Assembly (NCBI GenBank): GCA_900540385.1
Contig: UQFY01000001.1
Location: forward strand, 11,344 to 75,343
Origin: an uncultured Mollicutes bacterium
GTDB taxonomy: Bacteria > Bacillota_I > Bacilli_A > RFN20 > CAG-826
Length of the DNA: 64,000 nt
Direction of reading: 5' to 3'
Position 1 is the first letter of the stretch; every line of letters begins with the position of its first letter. The notes beneath the pieces were generated by a model. It had not been told where the DNA came from. It saw only the letters and a list, made by a program, of their open reading frames with translations, and ran no database searches. Of the stretch, positions 49,256-59,229 are shown one piece after another. A program made the translations under genes and the position numbers.

Positions 49256-52117
49256 TTACTCCTTGAACTTCAGGAAACCTTTTGTAAACCCATCTGGATT
49301 AACAAACTTTTTCTCGCCGACAGCAAAACGGACGGTAAGGTATTTGTCTTTCTTATCTATATTTATGATCTCACCATCACCGAATTTGGCATGGACCACT
49401 TTTGCACCGACTACAATCTTAGAAAAGTCTATGTTCATCGCTTCTGTATAGTCGTTTACTTGTTTCAAGATAGGCTTGATAGTGGTCTTAACTTTATTAT
49501 CTACGGGTTCTGATTTATCCGCGTTAGAAGGTTCGGGCGGAATCGGAAATTCTGAGTTCTTCATGGTTGCCTGCTGGTTATAGAAGAGTTTTTCGTATTC
49601 CTCTCTTCTGATGACGGTATCCCAACCACCGATATCCTCGCTCGTGTGTTTTTCAATGCCGGTGTAGGAAAGAGAGGAATCCTCATATCTCTTGAATTTG
49701 AAGATGGCGTCGTTCATTAAGGACGAGTTGAAAACGCCAAGAGAGCAAAGGAGTTCGAAATCTTTGACATCCAGGCCTGTGACCTTCTTGAAAAGACCAG
49801 GCTCAAGCTGTGTGATGACATCTTTGAGACATCTCTCTCTGTAATCAGTGAGATACATGAAAACAGGAATTCTGGTCGCAAACTTGATGAGCTTCTCCTG
49901 GATTTCCTTTCTCTTTGATTTGTATTCCTTCTCCTCTTCGGTGAGTTCCTTCTTTTCTTTTGGAGTGAGCTTTTCGTCCCCTTCTTGCTTTGCCTTCTTG
50001 ACATGCTCGGACTTGTTGATGATGGTCTCGATATCCGAGTTCAAGGATCGGAATCCTTCAATGCTCATCAGAGCATCCAATGCGTCTTTGTTGTTCAAAA
50101 GCTTATTGAGAGTATCGTTATCGACATTGACCAAAAGAGCGGATTCCCATCTTCTCGCAAGCAATGTCGCGGAAGTGCCGGCCATAGCGATATCCAAGAC
50201 ATCCTGAGCGTTAATCTGCTTCATGGTGGAGCCATCGTAAGCGAGCACAGGAAGGAAATTGATGAATTCAGCAACTTTTTTCTCTGGATCAGAACCATCC
50301 GGATTGAGACGACAGGAATAGTCCGAAATCTGTCTCAAGGCACGGTCCAAGGCAAAATCAAAGACGTAGCATTCCTCTTTGAGGATTGTCTCGGTTCCAT
50401 TCGAATTCTTAATCGTCCATGGGGACTGGACTCTGAAAGCCGCCTGGAAATAGGTTTCTGGCGATTTCAGATTTCTCAGCATAAAGATGCCAGTCCATGG
50501 ACGGATGGTGACACCTGTTGTTAATTTTCCGCAGGTTAAAGTGATTGTCTTTTTTTCTAAGGCAGGATCCATTGACCGTTTTACTGGGTCTACAGCGGCC
50601 AGGCCAATGCCTGCCTTTGTTCCTGCACAGAGATTGATGGTGTAGTCATGATAGAAAGTGTTTTGTCTTTCTCTGAGAAGGTTGTACATGGCTTCGCAGG
50701 AAGCGACGTTAGGCAAAAACCACAAAGTGTGAGAAAGGACATTCAGAAGACGGGTATCAGAAAACGGCATCGGAGGACGCTTATCCTGACCTAATTTTAA
50801 ATCATCAATGCTGGCGGTGAGATATTGTCCTCTGATCAAATCAAGCCATTTCTGAACTTCGTTCTTGTATTTGAAGGTGGCGTTTGCTCCTTTTCCTTCT
50901 GCGGAGAAGAAGACGTTGAGATCGAATTCGTTGAATTCGCCGTCCATGGCCACCTGTTTGATGCTGTCAGGCATCTGATAGGTCATCAAAACCATTCTCG
51001 GCAAAGAAAGATATGGGTTATTGGAACCTTTCCAATTCTCTTTGGCTCTTTGCTCATCGGAATAGGTCCAGTTGTAGATTTGGTCTTCGATGAATTCTCC
51101 GCTGCTGATGGCTCTGAACGGTGTTCCGGAAAGGAAGAGATAGTAATTTGTCGTGATAGGAAGGAAGGTTTCGTTGTACGCATTGCCGGCTTCATCGTTT
51201 TGGTATTTCTCGACATCGAAATCGGCGTCCGCTTCCTCATCCGGGTTCTCGAAAAGCTTCTTTGCGTTTTCACGCCAGGCACCGAAATGATATTCGTCGA
51301 AGATGACCATATCCCAGTTTTCTGTATGGATGAATTCGTTCTTGGCTTTGATTCCGCCATTGTCGTTCGTTCCGAGAAGGTTCTGGAAGGAACCGAAAAC
51401 GACAATAGGTTTGGATTTGTCACAGGCTTCAAATTCTTTGTCCAAGCGGGTGCTCGAATCTTTGGCATCGTTATCGGAAACGAACTGCCATCCTTCGAAA
51501 TCAATATGTGTGAGCAGATCCTCTTTCCAAGCAGATTCGACTGCTGGTTTGAAAGTCAGGATAAGGATTCTCTTTAAACCCATGCTCTTTGCCAGCTCAT
51601 AGGAAGCAAAAGTCTTTCCAAAACGCATCTTGCAGTTCCATAGGAACTTCGGTGCCTTATTCGGCTCTTCCTCTTTGGCTTTCTTGAAGTATTCTTCCGT
51701 GTATTGGACGGCTCTAACCTGTTCAGGTCTCATCTTGAATGTTGCCGTTCTTCCGCGGGTAGTGATGATGCCGGCACTGACTTCCTCGATGGCCTTCTCT
51801 ACATCTTCTTTAGTGCATTTGAACCATTCGTTCTTGTCTTCTCCGTTATAGAGCTGTTTGAATCCTTCTCTCTTTAAAATCGCATGGATATCATGATCCA
51901 TGAAGCACGTTCCATCGGAACGCACAGCAGATCTAACTAATTCGGTCTTATGTTTCAAACCACTGGTATGAAGCTGTTCGTTGATTCTGTCTTCGTAGTC
52001 CCCACGATCGGTGTATCCTATTTTCAGATATCCCTTATGAGAAGGAACATCGGGTAAGCTATAGGCATATATGGTCGGCTTGACCTCAGGTCTTTGCTTG
52101 AAAAATTCCGTTGCCAT
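49256..52117 (-). CDS. T5orf172 (GIY-YIG-superfamily, MUG113-like) domain fused to SF2 DEAD/DEAH-type helicase with C-terminal small beta-rich domain
   Basis: N-terminal TIYAYSLPDVPSHKGYLKIGYTDRGDYEDRINEQL fits the T5orf172 pattern; Walker A MRFGKTF and DEAH-like VIFDEYHF; 4-nt ATGA overlap with upstream MTase gene. Confidence 0.7.
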   Translation of the reverse strand: MATEFFKQRPEVKPTIYAYSLPDVPSHKGYLKIGYTDRGDYEDRINEQLHTSGLKHKTELVRSAVRSDGTCFMDHDIHAILKREGFKQLYNGEDKNEWFKCTKEDVEKAIEEVSAGIITTRGRTATFKMRPEQVRAVQYTEEYFKKAKEEEPNKAPKFLWNCKMRFGKTFASYELAKSMGLKRILILTFKPAVESAWKEDLLTHIDFEGWQFVSDNDAKDSSTRLDKEFEACDKSKPIVVFGSFQNLLGTNDNGGIKAKNEFIHTENWDMVIFDEYHFGAWRENAKKLFENPDEEADADFDVEKYQNDEAGNAYNETFLPITTNYYLFLSGTPFRAISSGEFIEDQIYNWTYSDEQRAKENWKGSNNPYLSLPRMVLMTYQMPDSIKQVAMDGEFNEFDLNVFFSAEGKGANATFKYKNEVQKWLDLIRGQYLTASIDDLKLGQDKRPPMPFSDTRLLNVLSHTLWFLPNVASCEAMYNLLRERQNTFYHDYTINLCAGTKAGIGLAAVDPVKRSMDPALEKKTITLTCGKLTTGVTIRPWTGIFMLRNLKSPETYFQAAFRVQSPWTIKNSNGTETILKEECYVFDFALDRALRQISDYSCRLNPDGSDPEKKVAEFINFLPVLAYDGSTMKQINAQDVLDIAMAGTSATLLARRWESALLVNVDNDTLNKLLNNKDALDALMSIEGFRSLNSDIETIINKSEHVKKAKQEGDEKLTPKEKKELTEEEKEYKSKRKEIQEKLIKFATRIPVFMYLTDYRERCLKDVITQLEPGLFKKVTGLDVKDFELLCSLGVFNSSLMNDAIFKFKRYEDSSLSYTGIEKHTSEDIGGWDTVIRREEYEKLFYNQQATMKNSEFPIPPEPSNADKSEPVDNKVKTTIKPILKQVNDYTEAMNIDFSKIVVGAKVVHAKFGDGEIINIDKKDKYLTVRFAVGEKKFVNPDGFTKGFLKFKE

Positions 52118-52120
52118 CGC

Positions 52121-53674
52121 TTAGTCCTCCATCGATTCGACGTTGTTTTCGATGAAATCTATTTCTTTTTGATTAAGACCGTATTTCTCATAGAGTTCTT
52201 TGTCGGTCCACGGCTTAGAAAAGTCTTGGAGAGGGACGTATTGATAAACTCCGGAAGCTGCTCCTTGGTCATTTTTCTTCACACCAACAAGTGCACGGAA
52301 AAATTTAGTTTTTATGTAAGACCAGCAATTCATCATTTCTTTTTCTGTTTTGAATCCACCAATAACAACGAAAGTTTCTGTACATAGTTCTCCTGGTTTA
52401 GCAAAAACAGGTTCAGAGAATTTTTCTCCAAATAAACCTGCCCCTTGGTTTCGTGCCATAAACATTTTGTAGTCGTTAATGAAATCTTTCTTTGGAATAG
52501 GATAATTAGATGGAATGTATCGTATTGCTCTTTTTGCACCATCTAATCCATAAATAGAATAGCCATTTTTAAATGGAGTTTCACTTACTGCAGGAAGCCC
52601 ATATTTTGAGGGGTTTTTGAACATGTCGCCACGAAAACCAAACGGTTTTTGTGGCGACACATGTAAGGAAAACGATTCTTCATTAAATTTCTTTACTTTT
52701 CTATAAATCGAAACCAGTTCATTATTTCTAATGAAAATATCACATCCATCTTCTAACATTGTTCTATCAGTTTCGGTCGCGACTTGGTTTCCGTTGTCGT
52801 TGATGATATGTACGACAGGGCTTGTCTTATCTCTATCCCAAAGGAAGTAATTAACACCACCTTTGATCTCAACACCTGTAAAACACAGGGATGCGTCTTT
52901 GAAATCGTGGATGATGGACATTCTGTTGTCATGGAGCATTTCGTTTCTAAAATCGTCAAGGCCCTTGCCGCCTGTCATCCAACGGGAAGGTACAATCATG
53001 GAGAGATATCTTGGCTTGAGCTTGATGGCTTGCTGAATGAACTTTTGATAAATGGGGCTGGCACTAGCTTGGGCACCTCCGTCATTGAGCTGATAAGGTG
53101 GGTTACTGATAATGACATCGAACTTCATCTTGAATACCTCCTCCACGTTCATTCCATGAATGAACTCATATGCATGTGTTTCTAAATCTTCTCTTTTTGT
53201 TCCACCCAATTCCTGTTCGCTTGCTCCGCAGTAAACACATCTTCCGTTTTTGAACGTGTGGCTGCAGTTCTTGAATCGGATGTTTCCGTCCGCATTTTCG
53301 AAATGTGTGATAGAGAACTCGCCGTTTGCGTATTTAGAACAATAGACACCGCGTCTTGAAAGAAGACTGGTCAGTTCCGTGATTGCGATTCCATAAAGCT
53401 GTTTATGGAAGATATGGTCGACTCTATCCTGAAGATCAGGGATTTGGTTTTCTAGTCCTTTGAGGAGTCTTTTTGCGATTTCTCTCAGAAAAACGCCAGT
53501 CTTGCAGGCAGGATCAAGGAATGTCGTATCCGGATTCTCGAACAGCTCTTGAGGGAGCATGTCTAACATCTGGTTGACGACATCCGGGGAAGTGAAGACT
53601 TCATCGTTGGAGAGATTGGCCAAACAGCTCAATACGTCAGGGTTATAAACCTTGCTGAATAAATCATCACTCAT
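52121..53674 (-). CDS. N6-adenine DNA methyltransferase (gamma-type motif order, Eco57I/TaqI-like) with Cys-cluster insertion
   Basis: Motif I TFLDPACKTGVFL, motif IV VIISNPPYQ; CSHTFKNGRCVYCG between them. Confidence 0.85.
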   Translation of the reverse strand: MSDDLFSKVYNPDVLSCLANLSNDEVFTSPDVVNQMLDMLPQELFENPDTTFLDPACKTGVFLREIAKRLLKGLENQIPDLQDRVDHIFHKQLYGIAITELTSLLSRRGVYCSKYANGEFSITHFENADGNIRFKNCSHTFKNGRCVYCGASEQELGGTKREDLETHAYEFIHGMNVEEVFKMKFDVIISNPPYQLNDGGAQASASPIYQKFIQQAIKLKPRYLSMIVPSRWMTGGKGLDDFRNEMLHDNRMSIIHDFKDASLCFTGVEIKGGVNYFLWDRDKTSPVVHIINDNGNQVATETDRTMLEDGCDIFIRNNELVSIYRKVKKFNEESFSLHVSPQKPFGFRGDMFKNPSKYGLPAVSETPFKNGYSIYGLDGAKRAIRYIPSNYPIPKKDFINDYKMFMARNQGAGLFGEKFSEPVFAKPGELCTETFVVIGGFKTEKEMMNCWSYIKTKFFRALVGVKKNDQGAASGVYQYVPLQDFSKPWTDKELYEKYGLNQKEIDFIENNVESMED

Positions 53675-54359
53675 AATCTTTTAACCTCTTGTAGTTCATT
53701 ACGCTCCGATGGACGAATTTGCCTTCTCCGTTGTTATTGTCGAAGAGGGTTTCCTGTCCATTTGTGTCTTGCTTAGGATTTTCGTTTTGCTTAAGAATCT
53801 CATCGAATGTGTATTCGCTTCGGGATAGCTGAGGCCCGGTTACGAATCCCCATTCGCTGAAGAGAATCGGATCTTCCTTGTCGTTTCCATTTTCATCGAC
53901 TTCATGGAGCGTCAAAGCATTCCCGCAGACGATATTCTTGGAAAGGATGAAACGGATGGAATCCCGCATATCCTCGCTGCATTCCTTTTTGCAGACGGCT
54001 TTATATTGCTTGTCCCAGATTTTGAAAAGACGCTCACGGCACGCAATCACATTGTCCATCATAATGTCCACACCATAAAGGCTAGATACCGCAAGCAAAG
54101 AGTTCTTTTCAAAATCCATGACACTTCTTCTGTATTTTTTCTTCACAACAGCCAGTTTTCTGTCGAGAATCTCTGCTAAGAAGTTTCCGTCTCCACAGGC
54201 AGGCTCCAGGAATCTGGAATCGATTCTCTGTGTTTCGTCGTTCACAAGATCACACATTGCTTTGACTTCACGCTCATTGGTGAAGACCTCGCCGTGGTCG
54301 ACGACACGCTTTCTGGATTTGATCTGCTTGTTTGCTTTCTGTTTCGTTTCTTTTGGCAT
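53667..54359 (-). CDS. methyltransferase-like N-terminal paralog (motif I present, no NPPY)
   Basis: EVFTNEREVKAMCDLV...FLEPACGDGNFL parallels the N-terminus of the downstream N6A-MTase but the 230-aa ORF lacks a (N/D)PP(Y/F) motif; overlaps MTase start by 8 nt. Confidence 0.55.
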   Translation of the reverse strand: MPKETKQKANKQIKSRKRVVDHGEVFTNEREVKAMCDLVNDETQRIDSRFLEPACGDGNFLAEILDRKLAVVKKKYRRSVMDFEKNSLLAVSSLYGVDIMMDNVIACRERLFKIWDKQYKAVCKKECSEDMRDSIRFILSKNIVCGNALTLHEVDENGNDKEDPILFSEWGFVTGPQLSRSEYTFDEILKQNENPKQDTNGQETLFDNNNGEGKFVHRSVMNYKRLKDYE

Positions 54360-54574
54360 TACTCGTCTACCTCGATCTTGTGTTTCTTGAAGTAGGGAGC
54401 AAGCTTTCTCTTTGCTTTGATGGTCGGCTGATGGGCGCCTCTTTCCCAGCGGTTCACAGTCTGAAAGGAAACACCCAAAAGATTCGCAAGTTCCGTCTGG
54501 GATAAAATCAGAGTAGTTCTCAGCTTCTTAACAGCTTCAGCATAGGTCATATGTTTGCTCCTGTTCTTGGTCAA
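54359..54574 (-). CDS. XRE-family HTH regulator (controller/C-protein-like)
   Basis: LSQTELANLLGVSFQTVNRWERG HTH_3 signature; stop overlaps downstream MTase-like gene start. Confidence 0.75.
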   Translation of the reverse strand: MTKNRSKHMTYAEAVKKLRTTLILSQTELANLLGVSFQTVNRWERGAHQPTIKAKRKLAPYFKKHKIEVDE

Positions 54575-54635
54575 AAGTATACCATTTTCTTCTCATTCTG
54601 TCGATGAATAGGACGATAAAAGTTTCGGCTTCTCC

Positions 54636-56503
54636 TTAGTTCTTGACCAACTGTTTAAGATATTCGCGAAGATTGTCATCTTCTGCATAGATGAACGTTC
54701 CTTTTACACCTCTGGTCAGAAGAACCTTATAGGTGTTTCGAATCAGTTTCTCTGCCAAAGCGCCATCTGCAGTTCTGATTCCACTTGCGGAATCACTATG
54801 GGCATTCATTTCTTTGTGGAATTCAAGCTTGCCTGTTTTCTTGTTGTAGGTAAGGTCTTTTCCAATGATGACGCCTGCATATTCGACTTCCAGTCCCTGG
54901 ATGGTATGGATACAGAACACATTCTCTTTCTGAGTTTCATCCAAAATCGCGGCTCTATCCGCCTTCTTGATATTCCAGCGAAGCTTGGTTCCGTCTTGGT
55001 ATTCGAAATCATATTTATCCAGATCATATTGGCTGACCCATTCATGGGTGTAACCGGCCATGAGTCTCATCTGATGGTTGGAATCCCAGAGTTCACTCCA
55101 TTTCTTCATCATGTCCTTCATGGAATCCATGATTTCTACTTTGTATTTCATTCCTTTTAAGGAGACATAGTCATTCGTGTAACCCAAGAAATGATTCACA
55201 AAGGAGATGTACTGTTCTCCTCCGACGCAACGGAACTGGGAAGAGAGAATCATTCGATCATCTTCAATCACCTTCGAACCATATTTTTCAGCGTATTCCT
55301 TTATCTGTTTGATGGACAAGTCATCGGAAGTGGTGACAACCTGGTCTTCGTCAACCAAGAACACATTGACTCTTGATGCATTGAATAATTTATCGATGAC
55401 ATCGACGCTTCTCTGCACGCCCCATCCGAACTTCCATTTCAGCATTCGATGAGCTTCATCGACGATGATGCAGTCGAAGTCATAGGCAGCCGATTTTGCA
55501 AAGGCGGCAGGGGTTTTGAACAACTCCTTGATGGCTTTCTTGGTGAAATCTTTGGTGAGGATATCGCCAAAATAGGTACGAGGCGTGAAATTTGCAGTCA
55601 CATAGCAGGCATTTCTTCTTTCTGAACCATCCTTCGGATGCATAAGCTGACCTAGGGCATTGATAGCCACGATGGATTTTCCAGATCCCGGTCCACCTCT
55701 TACGATGATAGTTCTTCTTTCCCCTTTTTCTAAAGCTTCCTGAACTTCACTTACTATCTTTGAAACAGAATAGGACTGCTCGGCGTCATAAGAAAAGAAT
55801 GGTTCACCGTTGATGGCATCGGCAACCATCTTGGAGAAGCCTTCGCTTGGTCGGATTTGAGAACTATCGATTTCATAGAGCGTGTTGTGACTATAAGGTT
55901 TCTTTATATATTTTGCGATGAACTCGCTGAGTTTCTTCTGATCATCTTTTAAGAATGCAGGTGCCTCATGGACGAGAGGGTATTCCTTTTCGTTTTTCAA
56001 AAGGACTTCATATCCCTCTGGCATGTTGTGGAGATAAGAGCAGGCATTCACACCGACCTTGTTGGTGTAGATGTACTCGTTGAAGTCTTTCATGATGTTG
56101 GCGTAGTTCAACGCCTGATAGGAAGGATGCCAGTAATCATCCATTCCATGCCCACCATCTGTTACGACATAGTCTTTTAGTGATGATCTTCTTACTGTAC
56201 TCCATTGTTTGAGCTCAATGAGGATGACATTTTCCTTGTCTTCTTCGTCTTTTCCAAAAATCAGGAAGTCCACTCTTTGTTTCGTGTCTACGAGTTTGTA
56301 TTCGACACCGACGCCTGCCTCTTTGGGAATGGAATTATCCTTCAAGGCTTCGGCGACCTTTGGAAGGGAGTGAATCCAGGAGTTGTACTCGCTTGGAGAA
56401 CCGCCGCCGATATGGTTCGCTTTGAATTCGTTTAAAAGCATTCGGCCGATAATCGGATTTGATCCGCTGCAACTGCTTATGAAATTTCCTACAGTATCGC
56501 TAT
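54636..56503 (-). CDS. DUF2075-like SF1 P-loop NTPase/helicase with N-terminal PD-(D/E)xK-like nuclease motif
   Basis: Start set to ATG at 56503 after SD GGAGGG (track uses a longer alternative start to 56564); VDFLIFG...ILIELKQW (D...ExK), Walker A RGGPGSGKS, Walker B CIIVDEAHR. Confidence 0.7.
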
Positions 56504-56919
56504 ATAAAATCATCAGAAACCCCTCCCATGTCCTTGCTATTAGTTTATAACAAAGATATGTCACTTTGGAAATTTTATGGAAAAAATTGACGAAAAGGCT
56601 TATGGTCGAAACTCATCATTTCTTTAAAAACGTAAAGTAATAAGCGAAACCGGGATTGCATCTCTTGATTTTGACAAAGAAAAAGGCAAATAAACGAAGA
56701 ATATAGGCGCTTTCAGCTAATGGCATGTTTAAATATTAGGGAGCCTAGGGAAGTTCTAGGTTGTTGTCCTGGCAACGTGATTAGCAACTCACGACCCGAT
56801 CAACGCATCAACGGCCTGGTTGCTGGGCTGTCTGCCTGATTAGGAGAGCAGCTTCTGATAGACAGGCAACGACGACCTACTCTTTTCACTTGTCTGTTCT
56901 CCTGAAAGGAGGACAGCCG

Positions 56920-57393
56920 ATGGCTGTCAAGATAATAACAATGGAGATCGTCTCCAAGAAGTCCGGAAAGGCCATAGAGGTCTCTTTTCCGATGGACGAA
57001 GGCCTTTTTAAGGCCTCGTTCTCCCTTCCGAAGAAGAAACGCATCCTGTTCCTTACGGAAGCGTACCGTGAGTTCAAGCACGAGGAGAAGAGAAAACGTA
57101 GATTGCTTTCCCTCGAATCCATGCTCGAAGACTGTACGGAGTTCGAAGACGGACTTGTAGACGATAGCCTCAACCCAGAAGAGCAGTGCCTCAGAAACGA
57201 AAGAGACGTTCTTCTTTACGATGCCATATCCAAACTCAACGAAAGACAGAGAAAAGTCATCGTTGGGCTTTTTTACAATGGGAAGACTCAGAGACAATTG
57301 GCCGAGGAAATGGGCATGACGGAGTCCGCTATGTCACATTTCGTTGATTATGTCTTAGCAAAGCTAAGAAACTGCCTTGAAGGAAAAATCTAA
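56920..57393 (+). CDS. sigma-70 region-4-type HTH regulator (conjugative-transposon Orf7-like)
   Basis: ATG 56920 after SD aaaggagga; C-terminal LNERQRKVIVGLFYNGKTQRQLAEEMGMTESAMSHFV is a sigma-70 region 4 HTH. Confidence 0.6.
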   Translation: MAVKIITMEIVSKKSGKAIEVSFPMDEGLFKASFSLPKKKRILFLTEAYREFKHEEKRKRRLLSLESMLEDCTEFEDGLVDDSLNPEEQCLRNERDVLLYDAISKLNERQRKVIVGLFYNGKTQRQLAEEMGMTESAMSHFVDYVLAKLRNCLEGKI

Positions 57394-57583
57394 AAATTTT
57401 TTCTCAAGTTTTGCCGTTTTCAGGGCGTCTAAAGTGAGGGGCCAAAACATTCCAACAATCACAGTGTCCAAGAAGTGTGCTAGGTATAGCTCCTAGTAAA
57501 TACACTAGACAAACTAAGCGTGAAGCTTAACAGGAATGAGAGGCCCCAAACTTTATGAAAAAAGAAAAAGGAGGCTGTATGTC

Positions 57584-58048
57584 ATGTGCGAAAGCAATGT
57601 CTTGAACACGAAGCAGATCACAAGATGCACCCTGCGTTTCTATGATCCTAGCTTCGTGGAAAAACTAAATTCCCTCTACAAGAAGGTAGGAGGTACTCAG
57701 TCCTCCTTCCTAGGAATGCTCATCAAGGAAGGATACAAGGTGATGTCTCCTCTCTATGAGAGCAATGAGGAACCTGTGTCTGAATCCGTATTGGGGGTTC
57801 TAGGGGACAAGCTCGAGAGTTCACTTTCCGAACTTAAGGAGATCCTTCTCGAGAAATCGGATGCCGAGATGAAAGGAATCTCGTCTTTGTCAGATGACCA
57901 CGTCGAGCTGCTCCGCTTCCTCTCTTGCATCTACAACCTCTTCGTCTTGATCTCCATCAACGACAAGGAAGTGAAGGACATCGCCGAGGAAGGAGGACTC
58001 GACAGAATCCCGAAGAGATTCCAGAAGGCAAACAACGCCAAGAGATGA
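57584..58048 (+). CDS. MobC-like relaxosome accessory protein (ribbon-helix-helix)
   Basis: ATG 57584 after SD aaaggagg; ITRCTLRFYDPSFVEKLNSLYKKVGGTQSSFLGMLIKEG fits the MobC RHH pattern. Confidence 0.55.
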   Translation: MCESNVLNTKQITRCTLRFYDPSFVEKLNSLYKKVGGTQSSFLGMLIKEGYKVMSPLYESNEEPVSESVLGVLGDKLESSLSELKEILLEKSDAEMKGISSLSDDHVELLRFLSCIYNLFVLISINDKEVKDIAEEGGLDRIPKRFQKANNAKR

Positions 58049-59229
58049 GCACTTCCCCGAACATCCTTCTCCGTGTCCATTACTACGAGCCTAAAAGCGA
58101 GAAACGAGGCTTCTATTCCTCAGAACGTACCAACAGCGATTACCTCGGCTACATGGACAAAGGGCACAGAAGCGGGAAGTACTCCGACTACATGGATTAC
58201 CAGGGAAACAGAGAAAAAAGCTCCGGCGTGTTCGACGGGAATGGTCTGATGGATGAGAAGAAGAAATCCGAGTTTCGGAAAGAGCTCAAGGAAACCCTCT
58301 CTGTCATCTGGGACATGATCGTCTCCACGGAAGAAGAATATGGGAAAGAGAAGCTATCTTCCTGGAAATCCGCCATGGAGCTAATCAAGGCGGAACTTCC
58401 GAAGTTTCTGGAGGACAACCACATGTCCATTGATAACGTCGGATGGTGCGGAGCACTCCATGAGAATACCGACAACCGCCATATCCACCTGCTTCTATTT
58501 GAAAAGAAGATGGAATGCTTCAATCCAGACACCAAGAAGATGAGATTCCATCAGGGAACTTTGAACAAGCTCTCGATGGAGGACTTCAAGATACGGATTG
58601 AGCAGAGACTCGATGGTCATGAGCATTCCTTCCACCGGTACAGAGACAAGCTCCTGGCCATGGAAAAGGAAAGACTCGAAGAAGTGGACGATAAGGCTGT
58701 CTACAGCAAAGACCTCAAATCGATGCTCTTGGAGCTATACCGCAAAGCTCCGAAAGGAACCTACGGATACAGAAGCGAAAAAGCGGATCCGATAAGACCG
58801 TTGGTGGACAGCATCACAACCTACATGCTCACCGGTGACGAATCCTCCCTCCTTCTCTTCATGGAGCTTCTTGGAAAGCTCAAGAAGAGAGACGAGGAAG
58901 TCAAAAGAATCTGCCAAAGAGACAAGATCGATCCTTCTCCGCATCTGTTGGCGGAGAAGTTCAAGGAGGATCTCTACCGCCGCTGCGGAAACGAGATTCT
59001 CGGCTATATCCGCAAGGCAGATACAATGGAATCGAAGATAGGCAACGGCGATGCCGTCAGAAAAAGACGCTGGGACGAAAAGAAAAAACGCGGATACCTC
59101 TTCAGTAAAGCGATGAAGCTGGATGGGCTCGTCAGCCAGGAGAGAATCAGCGTGTTCGACGAATACCGGAGAGCGCTTCAAAATGCGGAATACCAGAGAC
59201 TGAAGGAGGAAGGGGTCATCGAAGTATGA
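58045..59229 (+). CDS. MOBP-type relaxase/mobilization nuclease
   Basis: ATGA overlap with MobC stop; histidine triad ALHENTDNRHIHLLLF (HxD/N...HxH). Confidence 0.8.
   Translation: MSTSPNILLRVHYYEPKSEKRGFYSSERTNSDYLGYMDKGHRSGKYSDYMDYQGNREKSSGVFDGNGLMDEKKKSEFRKELKETLSVIWDMIVSTEEEYGKEKLSSWKSAMELIKAELPKFLEDNHMSIDNVGWCGALHENTDNRHIHLLLFEKKMECFNPDTKKMRFHQGTLNKLSMEDFKIRIEQRLDGHEHSFHRYRDKLLAMEKERLEEVDDKAVYSKDLKSMLLELYRKAPKGTYGYRSEKADPIRPLVDSITTYMLTGDESSLLLFMELLGKLKKRDEEVKRICQRDKIDPSPHLLAEKFKEDLYRRCGNEILGYIRKADTMESKIGNGDAVRKRRWDEKKKRGYLFSKAMKLDGLVSQERISVFDEYRRALQNAEYQRLKEEGVIEV

Noticed and set aside
49717-51851. Multiple plus- and minus-frame ORFs (49717..50004, 49848..50207, 49985..50524, 50825..51577, 50986..51504, 51303..51602, 51630..51851) within the T5orf172-helicase gene
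   Set aside because: Embedded in or antisense to a 953-aa ORF with clear helicase motifs. Low-complexity Ser/Arg-rich translations.
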